From: an uncultured Prevotellaceae bacterium
GTDB lineage: Bacteria; Bacteroidota; Bacteroidia; Bacteroidales; Bacteroidaceae
Reading direction: 5' to 3'
NCBI GenBank assembly: GCA_902785945.1
Contig: CADAAR010000002.1
Coordinates: 71,743 to 135,742, forward strand
DNA length: 64,000 nucleotides
Position numbers and translations under genes: made by a program. Below the pieces are notes generated by a model. That model had not been told where the DNA came from, made no database searches, and saw only the letters and a program-made list of their open reading frames with translations. Shown in pieces: positions 11,137-20,201 of this stretch (within the stretch, counting starts at the first letter, position 1; each line of letters begins with the position of its first letter).

Positions 11137-11530
11137 TTTTTAAACGTAAGAAGCTCTCATGATCACGGATATAATCATTCACATCGTATTTGGTAGATGC
11201 CAAAACCAAAGCCAACGAGTTGGTTGAAAAGTTATCCATTTCGCGCCATAATCCTTCAGGAATATAGAGTCCATAATACGACCTATTAAGATGAAATGTC
11301 TTTTTCTCCTTGCCATCGTATAGATGTACATCGAAACTACCAGACATTGCAACAATGAATTCCTGATTTTTACGATAGGCATGTCCGCCACGAGCCTCAC
11401 CGCCAGGAACATCGTATATCCAATAGGCTCGCTCTATCTTAAAAGGAATATCCTTGCAATCCTCGATAACAGACAGATTTCCTCGAGGATCTGAAATCTT
11501 AGGAAGTTGAATCAACTTAGCTTCATTCAT
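11123..11530 (-). CDS. fdtA: Second FdtA/QdtA cupin
   Basis: DPRGNLSVIE, RGGHAY, YIRD. Confidence 0.85.
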   Translation of the reverse strand: MNEAKLIQLPKISDPRGNLSVIEDCKDIPFKIERAYWIYDVPGGEARGGHAYRKNQEFIVAMSGSFDVHLYDGKEKKTFHLNRSYYGLYIPEGLWREMDNFSTNSLALVLASTKYDVNDYIRDHESFLRLKNESK

Positions 11531-12974
11531 TTTTATAGATACTTCTTATTTTTATCATCTGATAGAAAGATGAGTAATCAATGACTTTAAATACACAACA
11601 AAAGATGGCATACGATAGCACGCCAACGATACCGCCACCCAATAGTTGCAGCCACAGATTCTCAACCATACAGCAATAGGCATATACGATACAACACATA
11701 AGGCCAACAGACAGAATAATAAATCGCCAATCTTTCAATTGGTCAAAAGCACCATAGCCAAATAGTTTCCCAGGCAGATATGCATTGATAAAAAAGCAAA
11801 TAACGGTTGTTATCACATTACCCCAAACAATTGCCTCTACACTAATAGGTATTGTTATAATCAAAGCTCCGAGAATTAGTGGGGCTTTTGACAAGTCCAT
11901 CCACATAAATAAATCCGACCGTCCGCTGGCATTCAAAACACTAATATTCAACGACGAAAGGGGAGTGAACATCCTGGCAAAGCAATATAATTGCATCATT
12001 AACAGGCAAGGTAACCATTTTTCCGTAAGAAACAAAATAATAAATGGTTTCGATAATATACAAAACAGCATCATCACAGGAAATACAGTCAGGGCTGTTG
12101 TAAACAATGCTTTTTTATACAATCGAAACATATGCTCCTTATCTTCTTTTATTTCACTCATTACAGGAAAAGTAACAGACCCAAGTACTCCCATAATAAA
12201 TGACGATATAGTATTAGGAGTTTGATTTGCCTTAGTATAGTAACCTAAAGCTGTACTGTTATATGTACGTCCTATAAACAACGTACTAATATTACTAATG
12301 ACAACAGAATAAATGTTTGTCACCAAAAGCTTTGAACCATATCCGAAAAGCTCATGGAAAGAATTAGCAGAAAAGTGTATGGATGGTCTCCATCTTGAGT
12401 AAATCGGGAACAGGACGATTCCACAAATTGTTCTAGTAATAGTTTGCCAAACAAGAGACCACACACCATAGCCTGCATAAGCCATAGAGATACCGACAAT
12501 ACCCGATATTATAGTACATGCAACGTTAATCTGAGCCAAAGACTTGAAATCTACCTTAAGGGTAAGCTGCGCTCGATGTACAATATTAAACGCATTTAAA
12601 ACGACATTCAACGCCAACAACCGAGTAATATTCGTTAGTATTGGTTCATGGTAGAAAGCCGCAATATAAGGTGCTGAAACCAATAAGATAATAGCAACAG
12701 CAATAGACATTACCATATTAACAGAGAAGACGGTAGAGAAATCTGACTTTGTACAATTATGTTTTTGAACCAATGCATTTGAAAGTCCACTATCCACAAA
12801 TGCGCTCAACACTAATAGGAACACTGAAAGCATTCCCAAAAGACCAAAATCTGAAGGAGACAACAGACGTGCCAAAACAATGCCTATAAAGAAAGTTATT
12901 CCATGGAGGAGGAACTTCTCTATTGCATTCCAGAATAAGCCATGCACCAATTGCGAACGAACAGATTGTGGCAT
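11523..12974 (-). CDS. wzx: Wzx flippase (WzxC-like)
   Basis: LARLLSPSDFG, DSGLSNALVQ; 12-14 TM segments. Confidence 0.9.
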   Translation of the reverse strand: MPQSVRSQLVHGLFWNAIEKFLLHGITFFIGIVLARLLSPSDFGLLGMLSVFLLVLSAFVDSGLSNALVQKHNCTKSDFSTVFSVNMVMSIAVAIILLVSAPYIAAFYHEPILTNITRLLALNVVLNAFNIVHRAQLTLKVDFKSLAQINVACTIISGIVGISMAYAGYGVWSLVWQTITRTICGIVLFPIYSRWRPSIHFSANSFHELFGYGSKLLVTNIYSVVISNISTLFIGRTYNSTALGYYTKANQTPNTISSFIMGVLGSVTFPVMSEIKEDKEHMFRLYKKALFTTALTVFPVMMLFCILSKPFIILFLTEKWLPCLLMMQLYCFARMFTPLSSLNISVLNASGRSDLFMWMDLSKAPLILGALIITIPISVEAIVWGNVITTVICFFINAYLPGKLFGYGAFDQLKDWRFIILSVGLMCCIVYAYCCMVENLWLQLLGGGIVGVLSYAIFCCVFKVIDYSSFYQMIKIRSIYKNE

Positions 12975-14270
12975 TTAATTACGATAAAGTATTTGATTAT
13001 CTATACTATCAAGAATGTCATCAATAATATTCTGTGAGGGGGAGCCCTTAGGCATCAAGCTTTCATTAATAAACCTTGAGCGTTGCTCTTTCATTGGATC
13101 GACACCACAAATTACATTACGAATGAATTGCTCAACATCCTGTTCTGTAGATGCAAGATAATGCTGGTGAATGCATTGTAAACCAAATGTGTTATACATG
13201 ATCTCAAGTCCTTCCCCATTTAGAGTCCTCATGACTGGTTTATTAAGGTAAAGGTACTCAACGATGAAAGAAGCGCTATCATGAATCATTGCATCGCTTT
13301 CAGTAAATAAATCTACATAATCACCTTCATTAAGAGACATATTTTCACTCTGTTCCCATAAATGGTAATATGCATCTGTGCGCTCCTTTCCCCACAACCC
13401 ATATAATTTATTACGGAGCAATGGATGGGGTTTGAACACGAAGTGTACCTCCTTTTTATATTTTTCAGCCATCTCCAAGAAGAAATCATAATACTTTAGA
13501 AAACATGAGTAGAATATAATGCCAACTGGTTCTATCGTATGATGTGGTGCCCATATGATTCTTTTTCTTGTGGTTTTAGTATTATGATTCTTCAAATGAA
13601 GGAATGGTTCGATGCCTGGATAACCAGTATTCACGACATTAATGCCTTTATTCTTGGCGTATCTAACTGACAACAATCTATGATATTCTGTTTCAGAATA
13701 ACGGCGCCACACAAGATTATGTAATTCAAGATTACATGACATCTTATAATCTTTATTACTATTCATAAAATAGGGGACATAGACTGTCAGTTTCTTTTTG
13801 AATTTTGTGATATAATATCTCTCATCTATGAGTCCTTTATATGGACTAGTATAAAAGATGATATCCGGAGAAAGGTCTTTTTTTAAATCAATATAAGAAT
13901 TAAACTCTTCGTTATAAGCGCGAATAACATTATAACCTTTATTCTTCAGTGCATCATAACAGGCATTCATCCTTTTTATCATATTCTCTTTCCCATAATT
14001 CACAATGGGGCATACCATAATTAATGCCTCAAAGCGGGGATTTGCAGTCATCAGCCGATATACATTATCATATTTCCAGATTTCCTCAAACAATGCCAAA
14101 AAGACACATTTTATAGTTCTTTTATTTTTTAGTTCCTTTAAAGCGAATTTTTGATAATATTGAGATTTTCTAATATTATATTTTTCTTTTATTCTGATAA
14201 TTCCTTCTATGAGGAAAGATGGAATGATTTTCTTTAATAATAACATAAAATAAACTAATAAAGAGGTCAC
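12975..14270 (-). CDS. CDP-glycerol:glycerophosphotransferase (TagF-like) family protein
   Basis: TGYP, IIWAPHHT, FKPHP, SDAMIHDSASF; directly downstream of the phosphonate genes. Confidence 0.75.
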   Translation of the reverse strand: MTSLLVYFMLLLKKIIPSFLIEGIIRIKEKYNIRKSQYYQKFALKELKNKRTIKCVFLALFEEIWKYDNVYRLMTANPRFEALIMVCPIVNYGKENMIKRMNACYDALKNKGYNVIRAYNEEFNSYIDLKKDLSPDIIFYTSPYKGLIDERYYITKFKKKLTVYVPYFMNSNKDYKMSCNLELHNLVWRRYSETEYHRLLSVRYAKNKGINVVNTGYPGIEPFLHLKNHNTKTTRKRIIWAPHHTIEPVGIIFYSCFLKYYDFFLEMAEKYKKEVHFVFKPHPLLRNKLYGLWGKERTDAYYHLWEQSENMSLNEGDYVDLFTESDAMIHDSASFIVEYLYLNKPVMRTLNGEGLEIMYNTFGLQCIHQHYLASTEQDVEQFIRNVICGVDPMKEQRSRFINESLMPKGSPSQNIIDDILDSIDNQILYRN

Positions 14271-14278
14271 AAAGTCAT

Positions 14279-15370
14279 TTACTTAACAATTTGTTCATAG
14301 AGTATTCTTATCGACATATCATCCAACTTCACAGGATTATTTTTCAATCTAATTGGGTTCACAGACGAACTGAGAATATCAATGTCTGAACTAAGATTAT
14401 CTGAAATCGGATATGGCATCTCCATCTCTTTCATTATTCTGCGAAATTTGTTAATGGCTTGCATTGAGTTATCGCAACCCATTGTTGAAGCAATATCATT
14501 GAAAACAGCATTAAGATAATTGGATCCTCGGACATCTATACATTTATTCATATTGTTAATCATAAAGTTCCAAATTATGGGAAGACATATAGCGACAGCA
14601 TGTCCATGAGGGATTTTATAAAGAGAAGTTAACTTATAACTGAATGCATGTGGTGCAGTTGTCTGGGTGATGCAGATGGCTTGACCTGCCATATTAGCAG
14701 CATACATGATTCGCTCAGCTGAGATATCGGTATTACCAAAGATATATTCATGCCACCAATGCATAATGGTTTCTACTGCTTTCTTTGACAACTCTTTGCT
14801 TTCATCTGTTGAATTAACCGACCACCATGACTCTATACCTTGGCATAAGGCATCTAGCATAGTACACTTCTTTTGGTATAAGGGCAGTGTTTTAAGGACT
14901 TTAGGCTCAAGAATCGCTACATCAGGAATAATACTATCGTGAGTTACACTTTGCTTCTTTCCATCATAGTAAATAACTGCATAACGTGTAGATTCTGAGC
15001 CAGTACCTGCTGTTGTTGGGATAGCAATGAGTTTCACGCCAGTATCCCGATACTCTTGATGAAGATATAGTTTATTTCTTTCCATCTTGCAATAGAGTTT
15101 TATACACTTGGCTACATCCATACAACTACCGCCACCAATAGCAAGGAGTGCGTCACATTTGGTGATTTGAAAAAGATCTACACCTTTGCAAACGTCCTCG
15201 TATAAAGGATTTGATGTAAACTGATCAAATATCACATACGGCACGCCCATTTTTTCTATCTCATTTCTAATATTCAGGCAAAAAAAAGATGAATCACATA
15301 CAAGAAGTACTTTGGTTGAACCATCCAATGCTTTCTTTAAAAATGATATGCCGTGACAGATTGTTTGCAT
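14279..15370 (-). CDS. Phosphonoacetaldehyde reductase (Fe-containing alcohol dehydrogenase)
   Basis: GGGSCMDVAK, IPTTAGTGSE, PHAFSY, PHGHA; directly after the decarboxylase. Confidence 0.85.
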   Translation of the reverse strand: MQTICHGISFLKKALDGSTKVLLVCDSSFFCLNIRNEIEKMGVPYVIFDQFTSNPLYEDVCKGVDLFQITKCDALLAIGGGSCMDVAKCIKLYCKMERNKLYLHQEYRDTGVKLIAIPTTAGTGSESTRYAVIYYDGKKQSVTHDSIIPDVAILEPKVLKTLPLYQKKCTMLDALCQGIESWWSVNSTDESKELSKKAVETIMHWWHEYIFGNTDISAERIMYAANMAGQAICITQTTAPHAFSYKLTSLYKIPHGHAVAICLPIIWNFMINNMNKCIDVRGSNYLNAVFNDIASTMGCDNSMQAINKFRRIMKEMEMPYPISDNLSSDIDILSSSVNPIRLKNNPVKLDDMSIRILYEQIVK

Positions 15371-15371
15371 A

Positions 15372-16508
15372 TTATTTATTTAAAAACTCCATAAATGCAT
15401 CTTTATTTTGGATAGGAGTTGTCGTTGGTCGTCCCAAATCATTACGATTTCCTTTCTTTACCTTAACCTCCATGAAGGTTGTACCTTCATGTGTATGGGG
15501 TAAAATGGATGAGGTAAGAACATATTGTAAGTCCTCTTTATTATCCACAGAGAGCACAAGTTTGTAACCTACTGCTTGGGCTATGGCTGGAAGATTGATT
15601 TTTAAACCCACAGTAGGTTGTCCTCCAACGGAATCGTGGGCTCCATTATTAAATATAATGTGAATGAGATTCTTTGGTGATTTCTGCCCAATGATGGCCA
15701 TACTACCCATATGCATAATGGATGCGCCGTCACCGTCGAAACACCAAACTCTCCGGTCATGCTTTTCCATCGCAATACCAAGAGCAATCTGAGAAGCATG
15801 TCCCATGGATCCAACAGTCAGGAAATCTCGATGATGTCCTTCATTCGTAGCTGTACGATATTCGAATAATTCTCGAGAAATCATTCCTGTTGTTGATACG
15901 ACAACATCCTTCTTTCCTATTGATGCAACTACAGTCTGAATAGCCTCTTCGCGTGTGAGTGCCAGATCATTCTTTTCTACATTCTGGAGGGTGTAGGATC
16001 CGAAGGTATCCCTTTCAATTATTAAAGCATAACATTGTTTTGTGGCCTGCATATAGGTAATAGCCTTCATAATCTGAGTTTTAGCTTCATCCTCTTCTTT
16101 TGATAGTATAGTATAGTCTATACCCATAACATTGAGAAGACCTATGGTAACTTTTCCTTGTTTGATATGCTGAGGCTCATCATGAACTCCTGGTTTTCCT
16201 CGCCAGCCGATAACCAATAATATGGGTATCTTATATACTTCTGGGTCGGTTAAAGAAGCCAATGGATTAATGATATTTCCTAGTCCTGAGTTTTGCATAC
16301 AAACAACGGGAATCTGACCTGTTGCCATATAATGTCCAGCGGCTAATCCCACAGCACCACCTTCATTAGCAGCTATGATGTTATGAGTGGCATCTGTATG
16401 GTCAGTGATGTATGCACAGAGGTTCTTTAATAAAGAATCAGGTACACCAGCATAGAAATTGATGCCACAAGTGGCAAGGGTGTCATAGAAGAACTGAGGT
16501 CTTATCAT
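15372..16508 (-). CDS. aepY: Phosphonopyruvate decarboxylase
   Basis: [52 protein letters not shown]. Confidence 0.95.
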   Translation of the reverse strand: MIRPQFFYDTLATCGINFYAGVPDSLLKNLCAYITDHTDATHNIIAANEGGAVGLAAGHYMATGQIPVVCMQNSGLGNIINPLASLTDPEVYKIPILLVIGWRGKPGVHDEPQHIKQGKVTIGLLNVMGIDYTILSKEEDEAKTQIMKAITYMQATKQCYALIIERDTFGSYTLQNVEKNDLALTREEAIQTVVASIGKKDVVVSTTGMISRELFEYRTATNEGHHRDFLTVGSMGHASQIALGIAMEKHDRRVWCFDGDGASIMHMGSMAIIGQKSPKNLIHIIFNNGAHDSVGGQPTVGLKINLPAIAQAVGYKLVLSVDNKEDLQYVLTSSILPHTHEGTTFMEVKVKKGNRNDLGRPTTTPIQNKDAFMEFLNK

Positions 16509-17815
16509 TTTGTTCCAGGAATTAGTTCTAATATCTCTTTAATTGGCATACAAATGTTATCTGCCTCATAAGATCGTCCATGTGCCAAAATTGATCTCGC
16601 ACACTTTACCATGGCTGGATAAGCAGCTCTGAGCATGTGGTTAGCATAAATAACCACGTTGACACCCCATTCTGTCAATTCATCCTCTGTTATCTGATTG
16701 TATGTTGTAGGAACAACAATGAGTGGAGTTACCTTATCATCTTTGCGGAATCGCAGACAAAACTCCCTAATATCATCACCAGATTGTTGTCTACTATGAA
16801 TCATGATGCCATCTGCTCCAGCTCTAACATATGCAGAAGAACGCTCAAGGGCCTCTTCAATGGTATGGCCTGCTATCAAACTTTCACAACGCGCAATGAT
16901 CATAAAATCCTGAGTGATTTGTGCATGCTTCCCCGCCTGGATTTTATAGCAGAAATTCTCCACTGTATCTTGCATTTGAGAAGCCTCCGTTCCCAACAAT
17001 GAGTTTTTTTTCAATCCAGTCTTATCTTCTATGATAATAGCAGATACCCCCAAACGTTCTAAAGTACGGACAGTAAAGACAAAGTGCTCTGGTTTTCCGC
17101 CCGTATCCCCATCATAAATAATGGGTTTGGTCGTCACTTCCAGAGTATCATTCAAGTCATGAAGACGTGTTGTTAAATCAACGGCCTCTATATCTGGTTT
17201 CCCCTTTGATGTACTGTCTGTCAGAGAACTAGCCCACATACCATCAAACTCGTGTTTAACGTTATTAATAGTTACGAAAGTGTGTTCTATAATCAGCCCT
17301 GTCAAGCCACTATGAGATTCACATATACGGACAATTTTCTTCGCATTGATCAATCGACGCAAACGTTTCAATCTCACGTCAGGGGTCGTGCCAATTTCTT
17401 TTAGTCTTTCATTGAGCATGGTAGAGGAGATTCCTTTGGTATATGGAACATCAATCACGCTGCCTCCCCATTCTGCCAATTTCTCTATTACCTGCTGACG
17501 TGTCTTAGCCTGGACACCCTCTATCCAATCGTCACCATGAACCACATAGTCAGGATGAAGTTTCTCTAGGTTTGGTCGGTAGTCAAGTGTTAATTGTGGA
17601 ATAACTTCTGATACACCCTTTAACTCTGCAACTACCATTGCACGCTGCTCATAGGTCAGATAAGGCAGACGTTTATAGCTGGCAATAGCCTCATCAGTCA
17701 ACACCCCGACAATGACTCGCCCATATTTTTGGGCTTCATGTAATATATTTAAATGACCCGGATGAATGATGTCAGCACTCATGCCGATATAAACCAGTTT
17801 TCCTTGTTGATTCAT
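16505..17815 (-). CDS. aepX: Phosphoenolpyruvate mutase with N-terminal cytidylyltransferase domain
   Basis: HPGH and VVHGDDW (cytidylyltransferase); [10 protein letters not shown] (PepM EDKxxxxxNS signature). Confidence 0.96.
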   Translation of the reverse strand: MNQQGKLVYIGMSADIIHPGHLNILHEAQKYGRVIVGVLTDEAIASYKRLPYLTYEQRAMVVAELKGVSEVIPQLTLDYRPNLEKLHPDYVVHGDDWIEGVQAKTRQQVIEKLAEWGGSVIDVPYTKGISSTMLNERLKEIGTTPDVRLKRLRRLINAKKIVRICESHSGLTGLIIEHTFVTINNVKHEFDGMWASSLTDSTSKGKPDIEAVDLTTRLHDLNDTLEVTTKPIIYDGDTGGKPEHFVFTVRTLERLGVSAIIIEDKTGLKKNSLLGTEASQMQDTVENFCYKIQAGKHAQITQDFMIIARCESLIAGHTIEEALERSSAYVRAGADGIMIHSRQQSGDDIREFCLRFRKDDKVTPLIVVPTTYNQITEDELTEWGVNVVIYANHMLRAAYPAMVKCARSILAHGRSYEADNICMPIKEILELIPGTK

Positions 17816-18804
17816 ATTATTGAAGAGCTGCTATATAATCGTTTTAAGAAAAAACATATCTTACATAAAGAATAATTACTTATTATCATTCGCTTTAGAT
17901 GATTATTGATTTTTATCGCATTCCAATGTTCTCGATACTCATTTAATATAAGACATATAAATATGTCGTAATATTGCTTTTTGCTTTTATACAGCCATTC
18001 TTTTGCAAAATTATATGTTTCTGAGATTTGTGACTCTTTACACCATCGTTGATATAGCGAATGTTTGTTTTTAAAAAAATCTGAAACAATTTGATATGAA
18101 GTTATTTTTTGTAATTGAAGTCCAACATCGTCGGATTCTTTATTTGTATAAGAATTCATATTTAAACGATTATGATGATAAACAACATCCTCTATACCTG
18201 CTATATTATTGGAATAGTAAACTAATATAGGAAATACCTGAAAATCTTCTAACATGTTTATTCCTTCTTTACAAGAAATATTGTTATTGGAATAAAGGGA
18301 ACGCCTAATGATCCTACGCCATACCGAAGTACTAACTTTACGTTTTAGCAGTTTTTCTAATAAATCATCCTTTCCTAAATTCCAGCCACCAGTTAAATAT
18401 TCTCTTTCTTTATCATCATAATGTTCTGTGGCCTGTCCTGTGATAACATCAGCATCTATTTCTATTTGCTTTGTGACCAATAATTCCACCGCATTTAACT
18501 CCATCCAATCATCGGAATCAACGTGCATTACAAAATCACCTTTTGCATTTTCTACCAAGGTATTTCTAGTTGCAGCTAAACCCTTATTGTATTTATGCTG
18601 TATGATACGAATCTGTTCTGAGCGATGAGGGTAGTCCCTAATTACTTCCTCTAAGATATGCATGCTTTTGTCTGGTGTGCAGTCATCAACAAAGATATAC
18701 TCCAGATTATTGTATGTCTGCTCGAACAGACTTCGTGCACATCGCTCAATATATGGTTCTACATTATAGACAGGAACTAATATGCTGACGAAGGGAGAGG
18801 CCAT
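17812..18804 (-). CDS. Glycosyltransferase family 2
   Basis: [25 protein letters not shown]. Confidence 0.9.
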   Translation of the reverse strand: MASPFVSILVPVYNVEPYIERCARSLFEQTYNNLEYIFVDDCTPDKSMHILEEVIRDYPHRSEQIRIIQHKYNKGLAATRNTLVENAKGDFVMHVDSDDWMELNAVELLVTKQIEIDADVITGQATEHYDDKEREYLTGGWNLGKDDLLEKLLKRKVSTSVWRRIIRRSLYSNNNISCKEGINMLEDFQVFPILVYYSNNIAGIEDVVYHHNRLNMNSYTNKESDDVGLQLQKITSYQIVSDFFKNKHSLYQRWCKESQISETYNFAKEWLYKSKKQYYDIFICLILNEYREHWNAIKINNHLKRMIISNYSLCKICFFLKRLYSSSSII

Positions 18805-18846
18805 TGAGTTAACTCAGAAAGAAGTGGTCATTCTGACTTTAATTTC

Positions 18847-19641
18847 TTATTTAAGGATGGTGTAAAGGAGGGAGGCGAGGGAGACAAGGATGCTGGTGCC
18901 AGTGAACCAGAGGTTGGTGGTAGAGCCAACACCTGAGTTACGGGCCTTGACCTTATTGGGCTCGACATAGACAATGTCGTTCTGCTGGAGGTAATAGTAG
19001 GGGGAATTGATGATGCTGGCATCGTTGAGGTTGAGGACATGCATCTCCTTTTTACCTGTGGCGTCTTCACGTATCAACTTCACTTTGTCGCGGACACCCC
19101 AAATTGTAAGGTCCCCTGCCTGTGCTAAGGCTTCGAGAATGTTGATTTTCTCATTGTTAACCGTGAACATGCCTGGCTTATTAACTTCACCAAGTACGGA
19201 TATTTTATAGTTGGTCATACGAACCGTGACAATAGGATTCTCGTTCTTGTTCAAGTAAGGAAGTATCTTGGCACGAATCAGCTGTTCACAGTCGGACTTG
19301 GTGAGACCACCCACTTTCAATGTACCAACAATAGGGAAATCGATATGCCCGTCATTATCCACCAAGTAGCTCTGCAGCTGTCCAGTGGTATATAGACTGT
19401 TGTTTGATGAACTGAAGGTTGTAGGTACAGACAGATTAAACGGCTTGGCAGCCTCAGGATTGCTGGTGCTGACGGTGATGCTAAGGATGTCTTTGGGCAT
19501 AATCTTGGCATCGTAGAGCATACGGGACTGCTCGAAGTCAATCTGGTCGGCGTTTTGGAAATAAGCGACGTTCTTGGTGCTGGCACAGCTGCAGAGCAGA
19601 ACGAGCAGGGCTGAAAGAAATAGGATATTATACTTTTTCAT
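18847..19641 (-). CDS. wza: Polysaccharide export lipoprotein Wza
   Basis: Lipobox LCSC, YLVDNDGHIDFPIVG, VLGEVNKPG, LQQNDIVYVEPN. Confidence 0.92.
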   Translation of the reverse strand: MKKYNILFLSALLVLLCSCASTKNVAYFQNADQIDFEQSRMLYDAKIMPKDILSITVSTSNPEAAKPFNLSVPTTFSSSNNSLYTTGQLQSYLVDNDGHIDFPIVGTLKVGGLTKSDCEQLIRAKILPYLNKNENPIVTVRMTNYKISVLGEVNKPGMFTVNNEKINILEALAQAGDLTIWGVRDKVKLIREDATGKKEMHVLNLNDASIINSPYYYLQQNDIVYVEPNKVKARNSGVGSTTNLWFTGTSILVSLASLLYTILK

Positions 19642-19688
19642 AAGAAAATATTTAAAAACAAATAACTATAAATTATTGTCCCACAGCG

Positions 19689-19726
19689 CTCGAGCTCTGC
19701 TCGCTTGCTACCGAAGAGACGCAAGA
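19689..19726 (-). repeat. Short palindromic repeat, family C (intergenic copy)
   Basis: Reverse complement tcttgcgtctcttcggtagcaagcgagcagagctcgag matches 56409-56444. Confidence 0.8.
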
Positions 19727-19751
19727 AATAAAAGAAATTACAGAAATATTT

Positions 19752-20183
19752 TTAGAACTGCCACCAGTGTTTCTTTTGAGGGGAACGGTGGGAATCGAAA
19801 TCTGAGAGAGAGGCTTCTTCGAGGAGGTCTTGCCAGGATTTCTTTTGGCTGATCATGCGGTAGATGGTGCCCCAATCGGGCAGGCCACCGAGGTTACGGT
19901 CGTCGATGAAGATATCGACTTTGAGTTTGCGACTGAAGTGGACGTTACGTTCGACATCCTCCTCGGGGAAGTCGCGATTGACCGCCCAGAACTCCACACC
20001 GCGATCACGGCACCAGGCTATGGCCTCGTCCAGAAGCCTGCCCTGACGGACGGACCATAGTATTAACTGGTGCCGGTCGCGGATAAGCATTTTCAGGGTC
20101 TCGATGGCGAAGGGCTTCTCGGGACCGATATCGGGGTAGCGGTGCTCGACGATGGTACCGTCGAAATCGACTGCGATTGTCAT
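19752..20183 (-). CDS. HAD-superfamily phosphatase-like protein (BT0820-like)
   Basis: AVDFDGT motif I, LWSVR, FIDDRN motif IV. Confidence 0.85.
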   Translation of the reverse strand: MTIAVDFDGTIVEHRYPDIGPEKPFAIETLKMLIRDRHQLILWSVRQGRLLDEAIAWCRDRGVEFWAVNRDFPEEDVERNVHFSRKLKVDIFIDDRNLGGLPDWGTIYRMISQKKSWQDLLEEASLSDFDSHRSPQKKHWWQF

Positions 20184-20201
20184 GATGGAAGAGGGAAGAT
20201 G

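Noticed and set aside
14279-17815. Methylphosphonate or phosphonate antibiotic pathway
   Set aside because: No MpnS/HEPD-like dioxygenase or tailoring genes; the context is polysaccharide biosynthesis.
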